Assembly: GCA_963708075.1 (NCBI GenBank)
Contig: OY970194.1
Location: 5,248,001-5,312,000 of the forward strand
DNA length: 64,000 bases
Source of the DNA: Sedimentisphaerales bacterium
GTDB taxonomy: Bacteria > Planctomycetota > Phycisphaerae > Sedimentisphaerales > Anaerobacaceae
Reading direction: 5' to 3'
The position numbers and the translations under genes are program-made. The notes under the pieces were generated by a model. That model saw nothing but the letters and a program-made list of their open reading frames with translations. It did no database searches and was not told the DNA's origin. Within the stretch, counting starts at the first letter, position 1, and each line of letters starts with the position of its first letter. Positions 23,463 to 33,889 of the stretch are shown in pieces.

Positions 23463-24419
23463 TTAATAGGTGACGGTCTGCACGCGCTGTTCGAATTGCT
23501 TCTGGTCGAGCTGGCCTTTCGCGTACTGGTCCACGTCGGCTTTGGTCGCCCGCAACATCAGCACGGTTCTGCCGGCCGGTGCCGCGACCAGGGGCAGTCC
23601 TGTGGGTACAGGCGACGAGCCTTGTGCCGCCGCCGGCGCGACTCCTTGAACGACAATGGTGACCCATTCCCCAGGTTCGAGGACACGGATATTCGTCGCG
23701 TGCTTGAGTGTGGCGATCAGGGCATTGCGGAGGGTATCCACCTGCTCGCGGCTGTAGGGTTCCGGGGTCTCGCCCTCCTCCTGCGGCAGCATCGGCCGTG
23801 CCTGAGGATCCAGGACGGACCGCTTCGCGTCGGCCCACACAGGATCTTCCTGCTGGCCGGCAGGCTGTTCCTGCGGCGTCTCGGGCGGAGGCAACAACGG
23901 GTAATCGACCTGAATGAAGAACAGCGCGCCATAGCCGCCGACGTACATGGGCTTGGCTCGACCGACGGCGGGGAACAGCGTCACCGGGCCCATGCCGGTC
24001 CACACTGACATGTTGTAACTCTTATACTCGATCATCCCCCAAAGGCCTCCAGCGGTGGAATACTCGCCGAGTGCGTTCTTCTCGATGATCCGGCTCATGA
24101 CGCTGAGGTCCTCGACGGCTTGGCCGAGCGCCTGCTCATCCAGCGGCTTGCCCGGAACGACCAGAACCGGCTCCGTCAAAGACCCGACGCCGGCTGCCTC
24201 GCTGAGCAACGAGTTGTAGAGTTTAAGCGACTGCTGTTGGGCAGCGGACACGCCACTAGTCGGAGCATTCGTAGCGACGGTTGGTTGAACTGCACCGGCG
24301 CGTGGCGCCGTGACCGGCGCAGTTGTGGCCTCCTGCATTGCGGCGGCGCAGGGCGTGATGCCAGCGGCGAATACGAGGAGGAACATCTGGCGACGGTAGG
24401 TTCGATGTGAAAAGCTCAT
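23463..24419 (-). CDS. Secreted protein of unknown function (paralog 1)
   Basis: Signal peptide; homologous along its length to 22424-23443. Confidence 0.75.
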   Translation of the reverse strand: MSFSHRTYRRQMFLLVFAAGITPCAAAMQEATTAPVTAPRAGAVQPTVATNAPTSGVSAAQQQSLKLYNSLLSEAAGVGSLTEPVLVVPGKPLDEQALGQAVEDLSVMSRIIEKNALGEYSTAGGLWGMIEYKSYNMSVWTGMGPVTLFPAVGRAKPMYVGGYGALFFIQVDYPLLPPPETPQEQPAGQQEDPVWADAKRSVLDPQARPMLPQEEGETPEPYSREQVDTLRNALIATLKHATNIRVLEPGEWVTIVVQGVAPAAAQGSSPVPTGLPLVAAPAGRTVLMLRATKADVDQYAKGQLDQKQFEQRVQTVTY

Positions 24420-25153
24420 TCTTCGATCCTTTCATTGGGAGTATCTGCGGGCGAGCGCTGGGGCAGTTCAACCTTTTGCGGTGGCTCCTCGATGACGAAC
24501 CGCGCCAGCACCTTCTTCGTTCGTGCAAACTCATCTTCCGTCCGGTAGGCGAGCGTCTGCAGGCCGGCGGCGAGTTGCGTCTTGTCCTGCATGCGTTTGG
24601 CCTCGATCTGCGCCAGCGCCAGCGCGATCCTCCGCTGGTCTGTGGCTTGGGTGGTGTCGATGGTCTGAAGCAGATCGGCCAGGAGTGCGTTCGTGGTTGC
24701 GTTGGAAGCGGCCAGCGTCTGGATGGCAAAGCGGTTCAAATCGTCGCGGTACTGCTGCGTAAGTTCCTCTTTCAGCCGGACATACGTGCCGGCCAGCGCC
24801 AGTTGATAATCGTCCTTTATCTCCTGCCCGAGCTTCTGCCGCAGCGCAGGCTCCAGGGATGCTGCGATCGACGGCGTCAGTGCCTCCCGAAGCTGTCCCG
24901 CGTCCGGTGCAGCGAGCCGCCCGGCGAGGTAGCCCACCAGGAGGAACACCGCCGCCGCGGCCGCGAACTTCAGGCCGATGTGAGTGCGGAGTGGAAGCAG
25001 GCTTGTGCCCGATTCCGCATTCCGCATTCCGCATTCCGCAATTCGCTTGGCCGTCTCATCAAGCACCTGCTGGGGCAGGGGATTTGCCCGTCCCTGCTTT
25101 CGCAACTGCTCGATGGCGTCGGCGAGAATATCTTTCTCATGTCTCTTTCGCAT
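24416..25153 (-). CDS. Putative anti-sigma factor (single TM, helical extracytoplasmic domain)
   Basis: Follows ECF sigma; ATG 25153 (MRKRHEKDIL); TM FAAAAAVFLLVGYLAG; ATGA overlap with next gene. Confidence 0.6.
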   Translation of the reverse strand: MRKRHEKDILADAIEQLRKQGRANPLPQQVLDETAKRIAECGMRNAESGTSLLPLRTHIGLKFAAAAAVFLLVGYLAGRLAAPDAGQLREALTPSIAASLEPALRQKLGQEIKDDYQLALAGTYVRLKEELTQQYRDDLNRFAIQTLAASNATTNALLADLLQTIDTTQATDQRRIALALAQIEAKRMQDKTQLAAGLQTLAYRTEDEFARTKKVLARFVIEEPPQKVELPQRSPADTPNERIEE

Positions 25154-25305
25154 TGGACACCTCGTGAGTCTCAGCTCTTGACCCAACCGGAGCGGGTGAT
25201 GGGTCGCAGCGGCAAGCGCAGCTTGCCGATGGTTTGCCCATCCGCCATCGGCAAAGCCTTCGGCCTTGCCGATGCCACCCGATGCTTGCAGCACGCCACA
25301 CGGCT

Positions 25306-25833
25306 CTACTCGTCATTAGTACTACCACCTTCGCTCTGCGTTGCCGTCAGGGCGGCGCGGAGCCTGGCCTTGGCGCGGTAGAGTGACACGCCGACGACGT
25401 TGATCGCGATATTCAGCTCCCGGGCGATCTGCCGGTAACTCATGTCATTCAAATATCTTAGGCAAAACACCCTCGCCTCCTGCGGGGGCAATCTGGCGAT
25501 CTGCTCTCTCAATTGCGACGCCAACTCGTTCACATGCGCCTGATCGAGCGGGTCCGGCTGGCTGCTGGTCGGCTCGTGATCGCTCGAATCCGTCCGGCGT
25601 TGCTCCTGGCGGCTTCTCTGGCGGAGCCTGTCGATGGCCCGGGTCGTGGCCAGCCGCACCAGAAGGCCCGGCACGTTCCGCACCGGCTCGCGGCAGGCAA
25701 TCTCGAACGCCGCGAGGAACGTCTCCTGGAAGCAATCCGCGGCGTCGCTGTGGTTGGCCAACAGCCTGTAGGCGGTCTGCCACACGGCCGGACCGTGATC
25801 CCGCACAATGGCCTGCCAGTCATGTCCTTGCAA
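25306..25833 (-). CDS. ECF RNA polymerase sigma factor
   Basis: Region 2 DAADCFQETF...AIDRLR; region 4 LPPQEARVF...MSYRQIA...LYRAKARLR. Confidence 0.93.
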   Translation of the reverse strand: MQGHDWQAIVRDHGPAVWQTAYRLLANHSDAADCFQETFLAAFEIACREPVRNVPGLLVRLATTRAIDRLRQRSRQEQRRTDSSDHEPTSSQPDPLDQAHVNELASQLREQIARLPPQEARVFCLRYLNDMSYRQIARELNIAINVVGVSLYRAKARLRAALTATQSEGGSTNDE

Positions 25834-26081
25834 GGAACGTCCTCGTCAGCAACTCACTATCTGCTTGTTCACGTCTGTGCGCATATATGTCGCCCGGCAC
25901 GATGGTTTTATTACATCCGCGACTACTTGGCATCAGACCACGCAAGAAAACTGCAACATTCTTGGCCCTTCGCGATTTTTTCGCTTGCTTTTTTTCGCGG
26001 ACCTTAGCAGAATACGTCCCGTCGATCCTACGACGCTGGCAGCTTGGAGGCGCAAACGTAGGGATGCTTTGGAGGCGTTCA

Positions 26082-26777
26082 ATGACGCTTGGATATACGG
26101 ATATAACGCAGGTGGCGAGGAAGTTTCTGGTGTACGGTCTGCCGGCGTATGTCCTGATTATTTTGGGGGGTTGTGCGGGAACGGCAGCGCCGGCGCCGCC
26201 GGTCGATACCACCGGCAACGTGGCGGTTGACCAGACCGAGGCGCAGTTGCTTGCCGAGCTCAACAAGAAGTTCGAGAACCCCCAGGTGCACTACGAGCTG
26301 GCCCGTCTGTACCACAAGTCACAGAACTGGAACAAGGCGGAGTACCACTACATCCGGGCGATCAGCTTCGATCCGGGCAATAAGGCAGCTCAGGCAGGCT
26401 TGGTCAAGATGTTCGCCGACTCCGGGGACAAGCCCAAGGCGGAGCAATTCGCCAACGGGTACATTCGTCAGGCGGCCCTTTCCGTCGCGGAGACGTTGAA
26501 GCTCGGCTGGGAGTTCGAGCAGCTCGGGATGGACGATTATGCGTTGCGGTGCTACAAGCAGGCGGTCGCCGCCGGTCCGGATTCCGACGCGGCCAATAAG
26601 CAGATTGGAATGTATTACCTCCACAAGGGCGACAAGACCAGCGCCAAGCAGTACCTGATGAAGAGCTTTGAGTTGAATCCGAGACAGCCGGATGTCGCCG
26701 GGGAGCTCGGCCGGCTCGGCGTCGTTGTCCAGACGCCGGGGATACCCGAGGGGCCCCTGGAGGAGAAGAAAAAGTAA
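26082..26777 (+). CDS. TPR lipoprotein
   Basis: Lipobox LGGC; TPR-like helices (HYELARLY, AEYHYIRAISFDP). Confidence 0.8.
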   Translation: MTLGYTDITQVARKFLVYGLPAYVLIILGGCAGTAAPAPPVDTTGNVAVDQTEAQLLAELNKKFENPQVHYELARLYHKSQNWNKAEYHYIRAISFDPGNKAAQAGLVKMFADSGDKPKAEQFANGYIRQAALSVAETLKLGWEFEQLGMDDYALRCYKQAVAAGPDSDAANKQIGMYYLHKGDKTSAKQYLMKSFELNPRQPDVAGELGRLGVVVQTPGIPEGPLEEKKK

Positions 26778-26855
26778 AGCAAGGAGCCAGTGCTCAGTTG
26801 TTGGTGGCCACTGGAGGGCTCAAACTGGCAACTGTAGTATACAGGCTTTTTCATT

Positions 26856-26891
26856 GCCCCGTGGCGAACGGATGCGCTGCGGGGTTTTTTA
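26856..26891 (+). terminator. Intrinsic terminator
   Basis: GCCCCGTGGCG-loop-CGCTGCGGGG followed by T6. Confidence 0.65.
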
Positions 26892-26921
26892 TTTTCACAG
26901 GTGCTTACGGGGAGAAGTACG

Positions 26922-28484
26922 ATGAGGTGGATGACGTCGTTGCTTGTCCTGTGGATCGGAGCCGTCTGCAGCGCCGGCAGCGCGCCGACGGCCGAGACAC
27001 TCTATGATATTCGCGCCCACGGCGCCATTGCTGACGGCCGCACGCTGGCTACGGAGGCTATCCAGAAGGCGATCGATCGCTGTGCGGGTGCGGGCGGCGG
27101 CACAGTGTACTTCCCGCCCGGGCGATTCCTCTCCGGCACGATCTACCTCAAGAGCGGCGTGACCCTGCGGCTCGACGCCGGCTGCACGTTGCTGGGCAGC
27201 ACCAGCCTGAGGGATTACCCCCAAACCGTGCCGGCATTCCGGTCGTACACGGACAGCTACACCGACAAGAGCCTCATCTACGGCGAGAAACTCGAGCGGA
27301 TCGCCATCACCGGCCGCGGCGTCATCGACGGGCAGGGTGCGTCGTTCAAAGGCCCGTACAAGGTCCGGCCGTACATGATCCGCCTCATCGAATGCCGCGA
27401 TATAATCGTTGAGGGCGTCACGATCAAGGATTCGCCGATGTGGGTGCAACACTACCTCGCCTGCGACGATGTCCGCATCAGCGGTATCACGGTCAAAAGC
27501 CACGTCAATGCCAACAACGACGGCATCGATATCGACTCCTGCCGCAGGGTGATTGTCACCGGCTGCAACATCGATTCCGGCGACGATGCGATCGTGCTCA
27601 AGAGCACCTCCGCAAGGCCGTGCACGGAGGTCGTCGTCAGCGACTGCGTCCTGCGGAGCACGTGCAACGCTCTGAAGATGGGGACCGAATCGAACGGCGG
27701 GTTCCAGAACATTGTACTCACCGGCTGCACGATCTACGACACGCACCTGGCGGGTGTCGCCCTGGAGATCGTCGATGGCGGGACGATGGACCGCATCGTC
27801 GTTTCCAATATTACGATGAGCGGCGTCGGCGCCCCGCTGTTCCTGCGGCTTGGCAATCGCGCTCGGCCCTTCAAAGAGGACATGGACAAGCCCGGCCTGG
27901 GCAGCATGCGCAATATCACAATCAGCAACATCGAGGCGACCGGGGCCAACCCGACCGGCTGTGCCTTGGCGGGGCTGCCCGAGGCGAAGATCGAGAACGT
28001 CACCTTGAGCAATATCCGCCTGTCGTTCGCAGGCGGCGGCACGACGGAACAGGCGTCCCGTGTCGTCCCGGAGGAGCCGGAGAAGTATCCCGAGTACGCG
28101 ATGTTCGGCCGATTGCCCGCTTACGGATTGTATGCCCGCCACATCAAGGGATTGAGACTGACGAACGTGCAACTGCAACTCGCGGGCGAGGACAAGCGTC
28201 ACGCTGTCGTTTTCGAAGGTGTGAAGGACGCAACAGTCGATGGTCTGGATGCCCCGTATTCCGACGGAGCCGCCTCGCTGCTTCGACTGGCCGATGTGCA
28301 GGATATCTTCGTTCGCAACTGCAGGCCGCCCGCGAACACACAGACGTTCCTGAGCCTGCAGGGCGCGCAAACCAGCGGCGTAACCCTCACAAGCAACGAC
28401 TTTCGCGGCGTCAAGAAGGTGGTCGAGGCGGGTGAAGGGGTCCCCCAGACCGCCGTCGCCCAACTCGCGAATCGAACGGACTGA
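26922..28484 (+). CDS. Glycoside hydrolase family 28 protein
   Basis: AIQKAIDRC, NNDGID, GDDAIVLKS, KMGTESNGG. Confidence 0.92.
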   Translation: MRWMTSLLVLWIGAVCSAGSAPTAETLYDIRAHGAIADGRTLATEAIQKAIDRCAGAGGGTVYFPPGRFLSGTIYLKSGVTLRLDAGCTLLGSTSLRDYPQTVPAFRSYTDSYTDKSLIYGEKLERIAITGRGVIDGQGASFKGPYKVRPYMIRLIECRDIIVEGVTIKDSPMWVQHYLACDDVRISGITVKSHVNANNDGIDIDSCRRVIVTGCNIDSGDDAIVLKSTSARPCTEVVVSDCVLRSTCNALKMGTESNGGFQNIVLTGCTIYDTHLAGVALEIVDGGTMDRIVVSNITMSGVGAPLFLRLGNRARPFKEDMDKPGLGSMRNITISNIEATGANPTGCALAGLPEAKIENVTLSNIRLSFAGGGTTEQASRVVPEEPEKYPEYAMFGRLPAYGLYARHIKGLRLTNVQLQLAGEDKRHAVVFEGVKDATVDGLDAPYSDGAASLLRLADVQDIFVRNCRPPANTQTFLSLQGAQTSGVTLTSNDFRGVKKVVEAGEGVPQTAVAQLANRTD

Positions 28485-28614
28485 CACGCAGATAGTATAT
28501 GATGGGTGGCACGGGCAAACTCGTTTGCCCGTGGGTCTCGGGTGATTGAGCCCGACCAAATCGGCACCGTCAAACGAGTTGGGCGGCGCCACCCAGTGAT
28601 TAGGGAGTAGGAGT

Positions 28615-29867
28615 ATGGTTCTGGGCAAGTACTCGTTTGGGATCGGGGATCGGTTCGGGCATCAGGGCAAGGCGCAACTGGCGGCTCTGATCGAGGCGAA
28701 CAAGCGCGGCGTCGAGATCACGCCGGTGTGGAACAAGTCGAATCGCGAGCACAGTATCATCGGCACCAAGCCGGCGCATGTTCGTCGCGAGGCGGATGCC
28801 GCCGTCGCCGCATGGAGCTGGAAGGGGCCTTACTTCGTCGATGCGGACCATATCGGTCTGTCCAATGTCGATGGGTTTCTCGAAGCAAGCGACTTCTTCA
28901 CGCTCGATGTGGCCGAGTTCATTGGTCGGTCGGCCCCGTCGGCGGACGTTGATGCCTTCGTGGAGAAGCACAAGCATCTTCTCGGTTCCCATCGGATCGA
29001 GGGGATGGATGCGCCCATGGAGATCGACACCGTCCGACTGAAGATTATCGCGTCGAAGTATCTCGCCGCCATGCGGCAGGCGGGTGTCATCTATCGCCAT
29101 ATCGAGGCGGTCAAAGGTCCCGGCACCTTCATCACGGAGGTTCTCGATGGATGAGAACCGACACGCCGCAGACACCCATTGAGATGTTCGTCATTCTCGC
29201 TGCCATTGCTGAGGAGTGGATTCCCGCCGAGACTATCGCCCCGAAGTTCAGCGGCCGATTCAATAAAGGCGTCGATTACGTCGGCGACGTGGAGCAGTTC
29301 GCCCGCGAGTTCGAGCAGGACCTGGCCGTGATCCGGTACGCGGTCCGTGAGTTCGGCCTGCCGGAGGGCCTCAAGCTCAGCGTGCACTCCGGCAGCGACA
29401 AGTTCTCCATCTACGCGCCGATTCGAAAAGCGCTCGGCAAATTCAATGCCGGCCTGCACCTCAAGACCGCGGGCACTACCTGGCTGGAGGAGCTGATCGG
29501 CCTGGCCCTGGCCGGCGGCGAGGGCCTGGCCATCGCGAAGGAAATCTACACCAAGGCCCTGGCTCGCATGGACGAGTTGTGTGGTCCCTATGTCACAGTG
29601 ATCGATATAGATCGAGGCAAGCTGCCTGTGCCCGACGCGGTCGCCAAATGGGATGGCGAGCGATTCGCCGCGGCACTGCGACACAATCCCTCATGCCCAC
29701 AGTACAACCCCCACTTTCGCCAGCTCCTGCACGTCGGGTACAAGATCGCCGCCGAGCTGGGCCCCCGTTTCACCGACGCGCTCGAAAAATACGAGCCCAC
29801 AATCGCGCAGCAGGTCACGACCAATATTTACGAAAGGCACATCCGCCCGCTGTTTCTGAAGGCATAG
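28615..29867 (+). CDS. uxaE: Tagaturonate/fructuronate epimerase (indels near 29140-29157)
   Basis: SFGIGDRF, DADHI, KLSVHSGSDKFS, HLKTAGTTWLE; two extra bases in the EVSMDET motif. Confidence 0.88.
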
Positions 29868-30081
29868 GACCAATAGGCCCTATGCTCTATAGGAGTTCGA
29901 CCAGGGCGACGGGTGGCAGCGGCAAGCGGAGTCTTCGGAGCTTGCCGATGGCGTTGGCGCATATCTCACGAGCCATCGGCAAGCTTGCGCTTGCCGCTGC
30001 CACCCATCATAAGTCTTGAATGCAGGAGGCGTGCACCCACCTTGACAGGGCTGGATGCATGGAACCGATGGGAGCTGTGCT

Positions 30082-31218
30082 CTAGAGAAGCTCAACCAGG
30101 GCGGCGAAGGCGGTGAAACCGGCGCCGAAGGATAGGAGCAGGGCGCGGTCGTTCTTCTTGGGGCTGGCTTCTTCGAGGATCTTCTTGAGGACGAACATAA
30201 CTGTCGGGGAGGACATGTTGCCGTAGTTGCGGAATGTCTCGTAGGAGAACCGTAGTGTCTCCTCGGTCAATCCGAGATGTTTCTGGACGGCCATGAGGAC
30301 CTGCGTCCCGCCCGGGTGAACCGCCCACCATTGAATGTCGTCGGTGGTCAGGCCGTGGCGCTCCAGCAAGCGGCCCGTCGCCTGGGCGACGGCCTTGGCC
30401 CCGATCACCGGCACATTTCGCGTCAGCACGTTCCGCAGTCTTCCGCCCTGCGTCGTGTAGCGCAGTTGCTCGCGGTACCGCGGCAGTGTCACCGACTCGA
30501 AATCGATGAACTCCAGGAGCCCGCGTGTCTGGGCGGGTTTGAAACCCGCCCCTACGGGTCCGCGCACACTATTGGCAAAGGCCTTGAGGAGGCCACCCGT
30601 GGTGTCACCGTTCAAGTCCGCTTGCAGAATCGCCGCCGCGGCGCCGTCGGAGAAAATACTGTTGCTCACGATCAGGTCCGGGTCGGGCCCGAGGAAGAAG
30701 GTCGCCGAGCAGATTTCCACGGACAGGCACAGTACCGTCTTTCTCGCGCCGGATTGGATCATTCGGCAGCCGGTTTCGAGATTCGGGATCGCACCGCCGC
30801 AGCCCATGCCCATGAGGTCCAGTACGGCTGTATACGCGGGCAGGCCCAAGTCCTCGACGAGATAGGAGGACAGGCCCGGGCACAGGTAGCCCGTGCACGT
30901 GTTCACGATCAGGGCTTCGATCTGGGAGGCATCGAGGCCTGTCTGTTTTATGGCTGCCTCGGCGGCCTGGGCCGCGATGCGCCGACTGTGCCGGGCGAAT
31001 CGCGAGATCAGGAAATCCGCATCCTGTGAGCAGATCTCCTCATCCTCGTCTACGGAGATATACCGCCCGCGAATGGGTCCGTCCAGGAGCAACTGCCTGT
31101 ACAGCTCCCGTTCGCTCTGCTCCATGGGGAAGTGCGCCGCCATGAAATGGTAAATCTCCTCCTGCGTGGCGTATCGCCTGGGATTTGCCGTTGCCAGTGC
31201 GGACAGGATAGCTTTCAT
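30082..31218 (-). CDS. Type III polyketide synthase (chalcone synthase fold)
   Basis: Catalytic triad MGMGC / VHPGG / GNMSS; FGAGF; SVEICS. Confidence 0.95.
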   Translation of the reverse strand: MKAILSALATANPRRYATQEEIYHFMAAHFPMEQSERELYRQLLLDGPIRGRYISVDEDEEICSQDADFLISRFARHSRRIAAQAAEAAIKQTGLDASQIEALIVNTCTGYLCPGLSSYLVEDLGLPAYTAVLDLMGMGCGGAIPNLETGCRMIQSGARKTVLCLSVEICSATFFLGPDPDLIVSNSIFSDGAAAAILQADLNGDTTGGLLKAFANSVRGPVGAGFKPAQTRGLLEFIDFESVTLPRYREQLRYTTQGGRLRNVLTRNVPVIGAKAVAQATGRLLERHGLTTDDIQWWAVHPGGTQVLMAVQKHLGLTEETLRFSYETFRNYGNMSSPTVMFVLKKILEEASPKKNDRALLLSFGAGFTAFAALVELL

Positions 31219-31929
31219 CGCCCCTCCTTGCGGTCAAAACGAACGACGCCTGCGACGCGACAGAACCACGCTCGCCGGACTACGGGCGCCGGATCGTGCT
31301 TGCTCAGCATCCCGGCCAGCTCCGCCGGTTTGAAACCCCGCCGGATCGACAGCAGGGCATCGTGCCGCAGCTCAGGGTCGACACGCAGGGTCAGAATCGC
31401 CGCGACCACATAGTTCAGCCCACAACGATGAAGATCGTTGATCAGCAGCGCGTGTCGCACGAAGCCGCGCAGGTGCGTGATAAGCCGGTCGGTTCTCCTC
31501 GGCCGTGAAGTGGTGAAAAACCATGGAGCCGAGTGCGTAGTCGAACTCCTCGGGCGGCTGATACGTGAAAATGTCCGTCTGCTCCAGACGGATCGCCTTG
31601 CAGTGCGCGCGGGCAAGGGACTCTTTTGCCATCGCGAGCACCTGGGGATTGTGGTCGGCACACGTGAATTCCACGCTATGGCCCTGGTTGGTCGCCCACT
31701 GTGTAATGGCCAGCGGGATATCGCAGTCTCCGCCGCCGAGGTCCAGGATCTTAACTGTCCGCCCGGCAGGGAAATTGGGCAGCTCGCGTTCGAGGAATTT
31801 GCGGACGACGCGAATACCGCCGCCGACGTGATTGACGAATTTGATGAATCGAAAGCTCTCCTGTGTCAGCCGCGGGTCGCTGTCGGGTCGGTCCATGAAT
31901 TCTTCGCCGCGCGCTCGCTGTTTAAGCAT
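31215..31929 (-). CDS. SAM-dependent methyltransferase of type III PKS clusters (frameshift near 31495)
   Basis: R...EEFMD, ILDLGGGDCD, FHHF, INDLHR, HDALLSIRRGF; split over two ORFs. Confidence 0.88.
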
Positions 31930-33118
31930 CCCACAGCCCTCCATCGACGAGAGTCTGTGCGGCGTGTCTCATCCGACTCAACTGCTGCTCGCGAAACGCC
32001 GGATCGATTGTCACTGCCTTCGCCGCGATGTCGTCACAATAGCGGCAGTCCTCGCAGGAAAGGTGCGAGCATCGGCGCTGCTCGAATCCGTGGATGAAGT
32101 CCGCCGGAATCCGGCTCGTGTCGATGCGAAAGGGGTTTCTGTCCAAAGCGAATAACATGCCTTGCTCCCTGAGCATGGCGTAGAACGGCCTGAGCTTCCA
32201 GGGCCCGATCTGGCCCGGCCGCAAGAAATGGCGCAGCAGCCAGAAGCGTTGTTTCTCCGGCGCCTTTGTGAACCCGTACGGCAGAATCAGCTCGGCCAGG
32301 TTCTCGCCTGAAGTCCGGCTGCTGTAGGCTTTCACCCGCCTGAGCAACTCCGCAGAGGGTATGCCCCTCTCCAGGAGCTTGAAGTGCTCATAACCCAGTT
32401 CCTCGTAAAAGCGTACATCTTCCGGCCGAATCCAGCCGGCCTTGATGAGCATGGAAGGATCTTCGAGGCGTTTCATGGTGCAATTCAGGAAACAGTAGTC
32501 GATGAACAGCTCGCGCGAGCCGTCGGAGCTGTGTGCGAAGCCATTCTGGTGGTACGGCTGCATCGCGCAGTTCGGCAGGCACGGATGATTCGCGATCAGT
32601 TGCAGTTCACCGTCAACGGCTTGGCGGATCGCCCGTAGCGTGGTGAAGTCCCGGTTGATCGAGAAGCTCTCCAGCGTCAGTGCGTCAGCACCGAGGTTTC
32701 GCCAGAACCGTGCCCGCCGGGGCGTGTCGATCTGAGCGTAAATCCCGACCTTGACGTAAAACTCGGGGAACGCTGCCTTTATGCGCTCCAGCAGGTAGGG
32801 CGTGGAGATCGTGAATCGCCGAATCCCCATGCCGGCCAGCCGGTCGAGCAGACGCATGAGCTTTTTCTGCCAACCCCGGCTCCATTCGCGATTGCCTGAG
32901 CACGAGCTGTTGAGCAGGTAGTTGAAACTGATGTCATGACGTTCGAGCTCGGCCACGTAGGCAGCCAAGTCCCTCTTCGTCAGCGGCGTGCCCATATAGC
33001 TGGGCCGCCCGCCCCCGACGAGATCGGCCGGGAACTTGCCGTACACCTCCGCGACCGGAAAGCCGGCCAGCTCCGCAGCCAACTCGCCATCGTAATTGGC
33101 CGCTACCGAAAGCTTCAC
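31922..33118 (-). CDS. Peptidase U32-family Fe-S protein (putative O2-independent hydroxylase)
   Basis: GGGRPS, YLLNSSC.GN, NRDF, ANHPCLPNC, DYCFLNC, WIRPED, HFKL, C-terminal CSHLSCEDCRYC; GGAGG before GTG 33118 (alternative ATG 33130). Confidence 0.85.
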   Translation of the reverse strand: MKLSVAANYDGELAAELAGFPVAEVYGKFPADLVGGGRPSYMGTPLTKRDLAAYVAELERHDISFNYLLNSSCSGNREWSRGWQKKLMRLLDRLAGMGIRRFTISTPYLLERIKAAFPEFYVKVGIYAQIDTPRRARFWRNLGADALTLESFSINRDFTTLRAIRQAVDGELQLIANHPCLPNCAMQPYHQNGFAHSSDGSRELFIDYCFLNCTMKRLEDPSMLIKAGWIRPEDVRFYEELGYEHFKLLERGIPSAELLRRVKAYSSRTSGENLAELILPYGFTKAPEKQRFWLLRHFLRPGQIGPWKLRPFYAMLREQGMLFALDRNPFRIDTSRIPADFIHGFEQRRCSHLSCEDCRYCDDIAAKAVTIDPAFREQQLSRMRHAAQTLVDGGLWDA

Positions 33119-33430
33119 ATTTCCCTCCATCTATCACCGGCGATACCCGAAAAGACGTGAACCATCCCTCGGGCCGCACGGCTGTGTCATTCTAAGCAGC
33201 GATGGTCGCGTCAAGCGCAAGCCTGCCGACGCCCCACCCGCTCTATATACAGGCGGATTGCCTGCCGGGCTGTAAGAATGGCGCGCCATTGGACAATTGG
33301 CAACTCAGGCTTTTCCTACACCGTCTCGTAAACTGGCGACACCATACTCAATCCAGGACCGAAGATCGAAATAAGTAGGGTCTCTCCGGAATTCAACGTG
33401 GAAGGCTCACGGTGCCAAGGAGTTAGAGCC

Positions 33431-33889
33431 ATGAAACGCAAAGCCTTATGCTGCAGCATGTCGTTGTTGGTTATCGCCTTGGGATCAGGGTGCCGGATGG
33501 CCGGGCTGATTCGAGAGAATACCGAAGAAATCAAGGCCACGAACCAGGCAGTTTCCAGAAACACGACAGCGGTCGTCGCCACAACGCAGACCATGCAAGA
33601 CCTCGAATCGGCCTTGCAGCCGGTGAGTTCACTGAAAGAGCCCATGCAGGACCTGGCGGCGCTGGGTCCGACGTTCAATAAGGTGGCCGATCTCGACGGC
33701 CCCATGAAGGAATTGGCCGGCCTGCGGGACCCGATGGTGCAGCTCAGCCGGCCCGTGTCGGTCCTCACCCGTCTGACTCCCGTGCAGCTCGCCGCATCGG
33801 TGATTCTCACCATGCTTGCCTTCTTCGTGCTCCTCTTTCTAACGATCTGGGCCGCCGTCCGCCTGGCTTTACGCCATCGTCCTGCTTGA
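33431..33889 (+). CDS. Lipoprotein with C-terminal TM helix, unknown function
   Basis: GSGC lipobox, L..PM..LA.L repeats. Confidence 0.6.
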   Translation: MKRKALCCSMSLLVIALGSGCRMAGLIRENTEEIKATNQAVSRNTTAVVATTQTMQDLESALQPVSSLKEPMQDLAALGPTFNKVADLDGPMKELAGLRDPMVQLSRPVSVLTRLTPVQLAASVILTMLAFFVLLFLTIWAAVRLALRHRPA

